Below are positions 63,467-64,000 of a DNA stretch of 64,000 bases, one piece after another (positions within the stretch are counted from its first letter, which is position 1; each line of letters begins with the position of its first letter). Under the pieces are notes generated by a model. It saw nothing but the letters and a program-made list of their open reading frames with translations, was not told where the DNA came from and did not search any database. A program made the position numbers and the translations under genes. Origin of the DNA: Octopus bimaculoides (Eukaryota); assembly GCF_001194135.2 (NCBI RefSeq), contig NC_069002.1:17388390-17452389 (forward strand). The letters are read 5' to 3'.

Positions 63467-64000
63467 TTGATATGGGGTAGGACCACCTGTGGCAGTAATT
63501 ACAGCTTGAATTCTATGACATATGAACTCATACAAAGTTTGAATTGTCTCCAAAGGAATTTTTGTCCATTCTTCAGCTAAAACCGTCTCCAGTACTTGTA
63601 GTGATGATGGTGGAGGACATCGACTCTTTACTTGTTTTTCTAAAATGCACCATAAATGTTCAATAATATTGAGATCTGGGGACTGTGGTGGCCAAATAAG
63701 ATGTTCAATGGCACTAGAATGTTCCTTGTGCCATTCAGTAACAACTTTAGCTGTGTGAATTGGTGCATTATCATCCTGAAAGATTGTTTCTCTCTGGAAA
63801 CAGTTCTGCAACCATAGGATGAATTTGATCAGATAAAATACTTAAATAGTTTTCACTATCAATTCTGCCATGAAGGGAAACCATTGGGCCGGCGAATTTC
63901 CAAGATATAGCCCCCCAGATCATCACAGATCCTCCTCCATGTTTAACAGTTGGAAGAAGGCAGTCTGGGTCTGGGTCAAATGCTTCTTTTGACTGTCTCC
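63467..64000 (-). mobile_element. Tc1-like transposase, C-terminal half, DD36E spacing
   Basis: PTVKHGGGSVMIWGAISW, one frameshift near 63785, then FQDDNAPIHT...WPPQSPDLNIIEHLW...IQAVITATGGPTPY. Confidence 0.92.

Overview
AT-rich, microsatellite- and SINE-dense animal genomic DNA with several N gaps. The repeat families and gene content look like an octopus (coleoid cephalopod) scaffold; this is inference, not a database match. One protein-coding gene is supported: a + strand RNF41/NRDP1 E3 ubiquitin ligase with five readable coding exons (39542-39841, 44050-44181, 49783-49862, 52712-52953, 55202-55305; 285 aa plus stop). The ~30-aa first coding exon is not visible and may lie in a gap or outside the window. 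A probable non-coding 3' exon starts at 60959, and a CpG-rich putative promoter lies at ~2.3-4.1 kb. The rest is intronic or flanking: at least four SINE-like families (my working labels A-D), MITEs (TTAA/piggyBac-like, hAT, Tc1-like), and decayed piggyBac, mariner, maT-like, DD36E Tc1-like, RTE, CR1-like, R4/Dong-like and Gypsy fragments. I found no CRISPR array, rRNA, true tRNA gene or clearly new multi-gene system. The best leads are: inverted SINEs bracketing the frame-symmetric RING exon, a splice donor 1 nt after the stop codon, a near-perfect 140-bp inverted duplication, same-strand SINE arrays on (ATT)n repeats, and a DD36E transposase.
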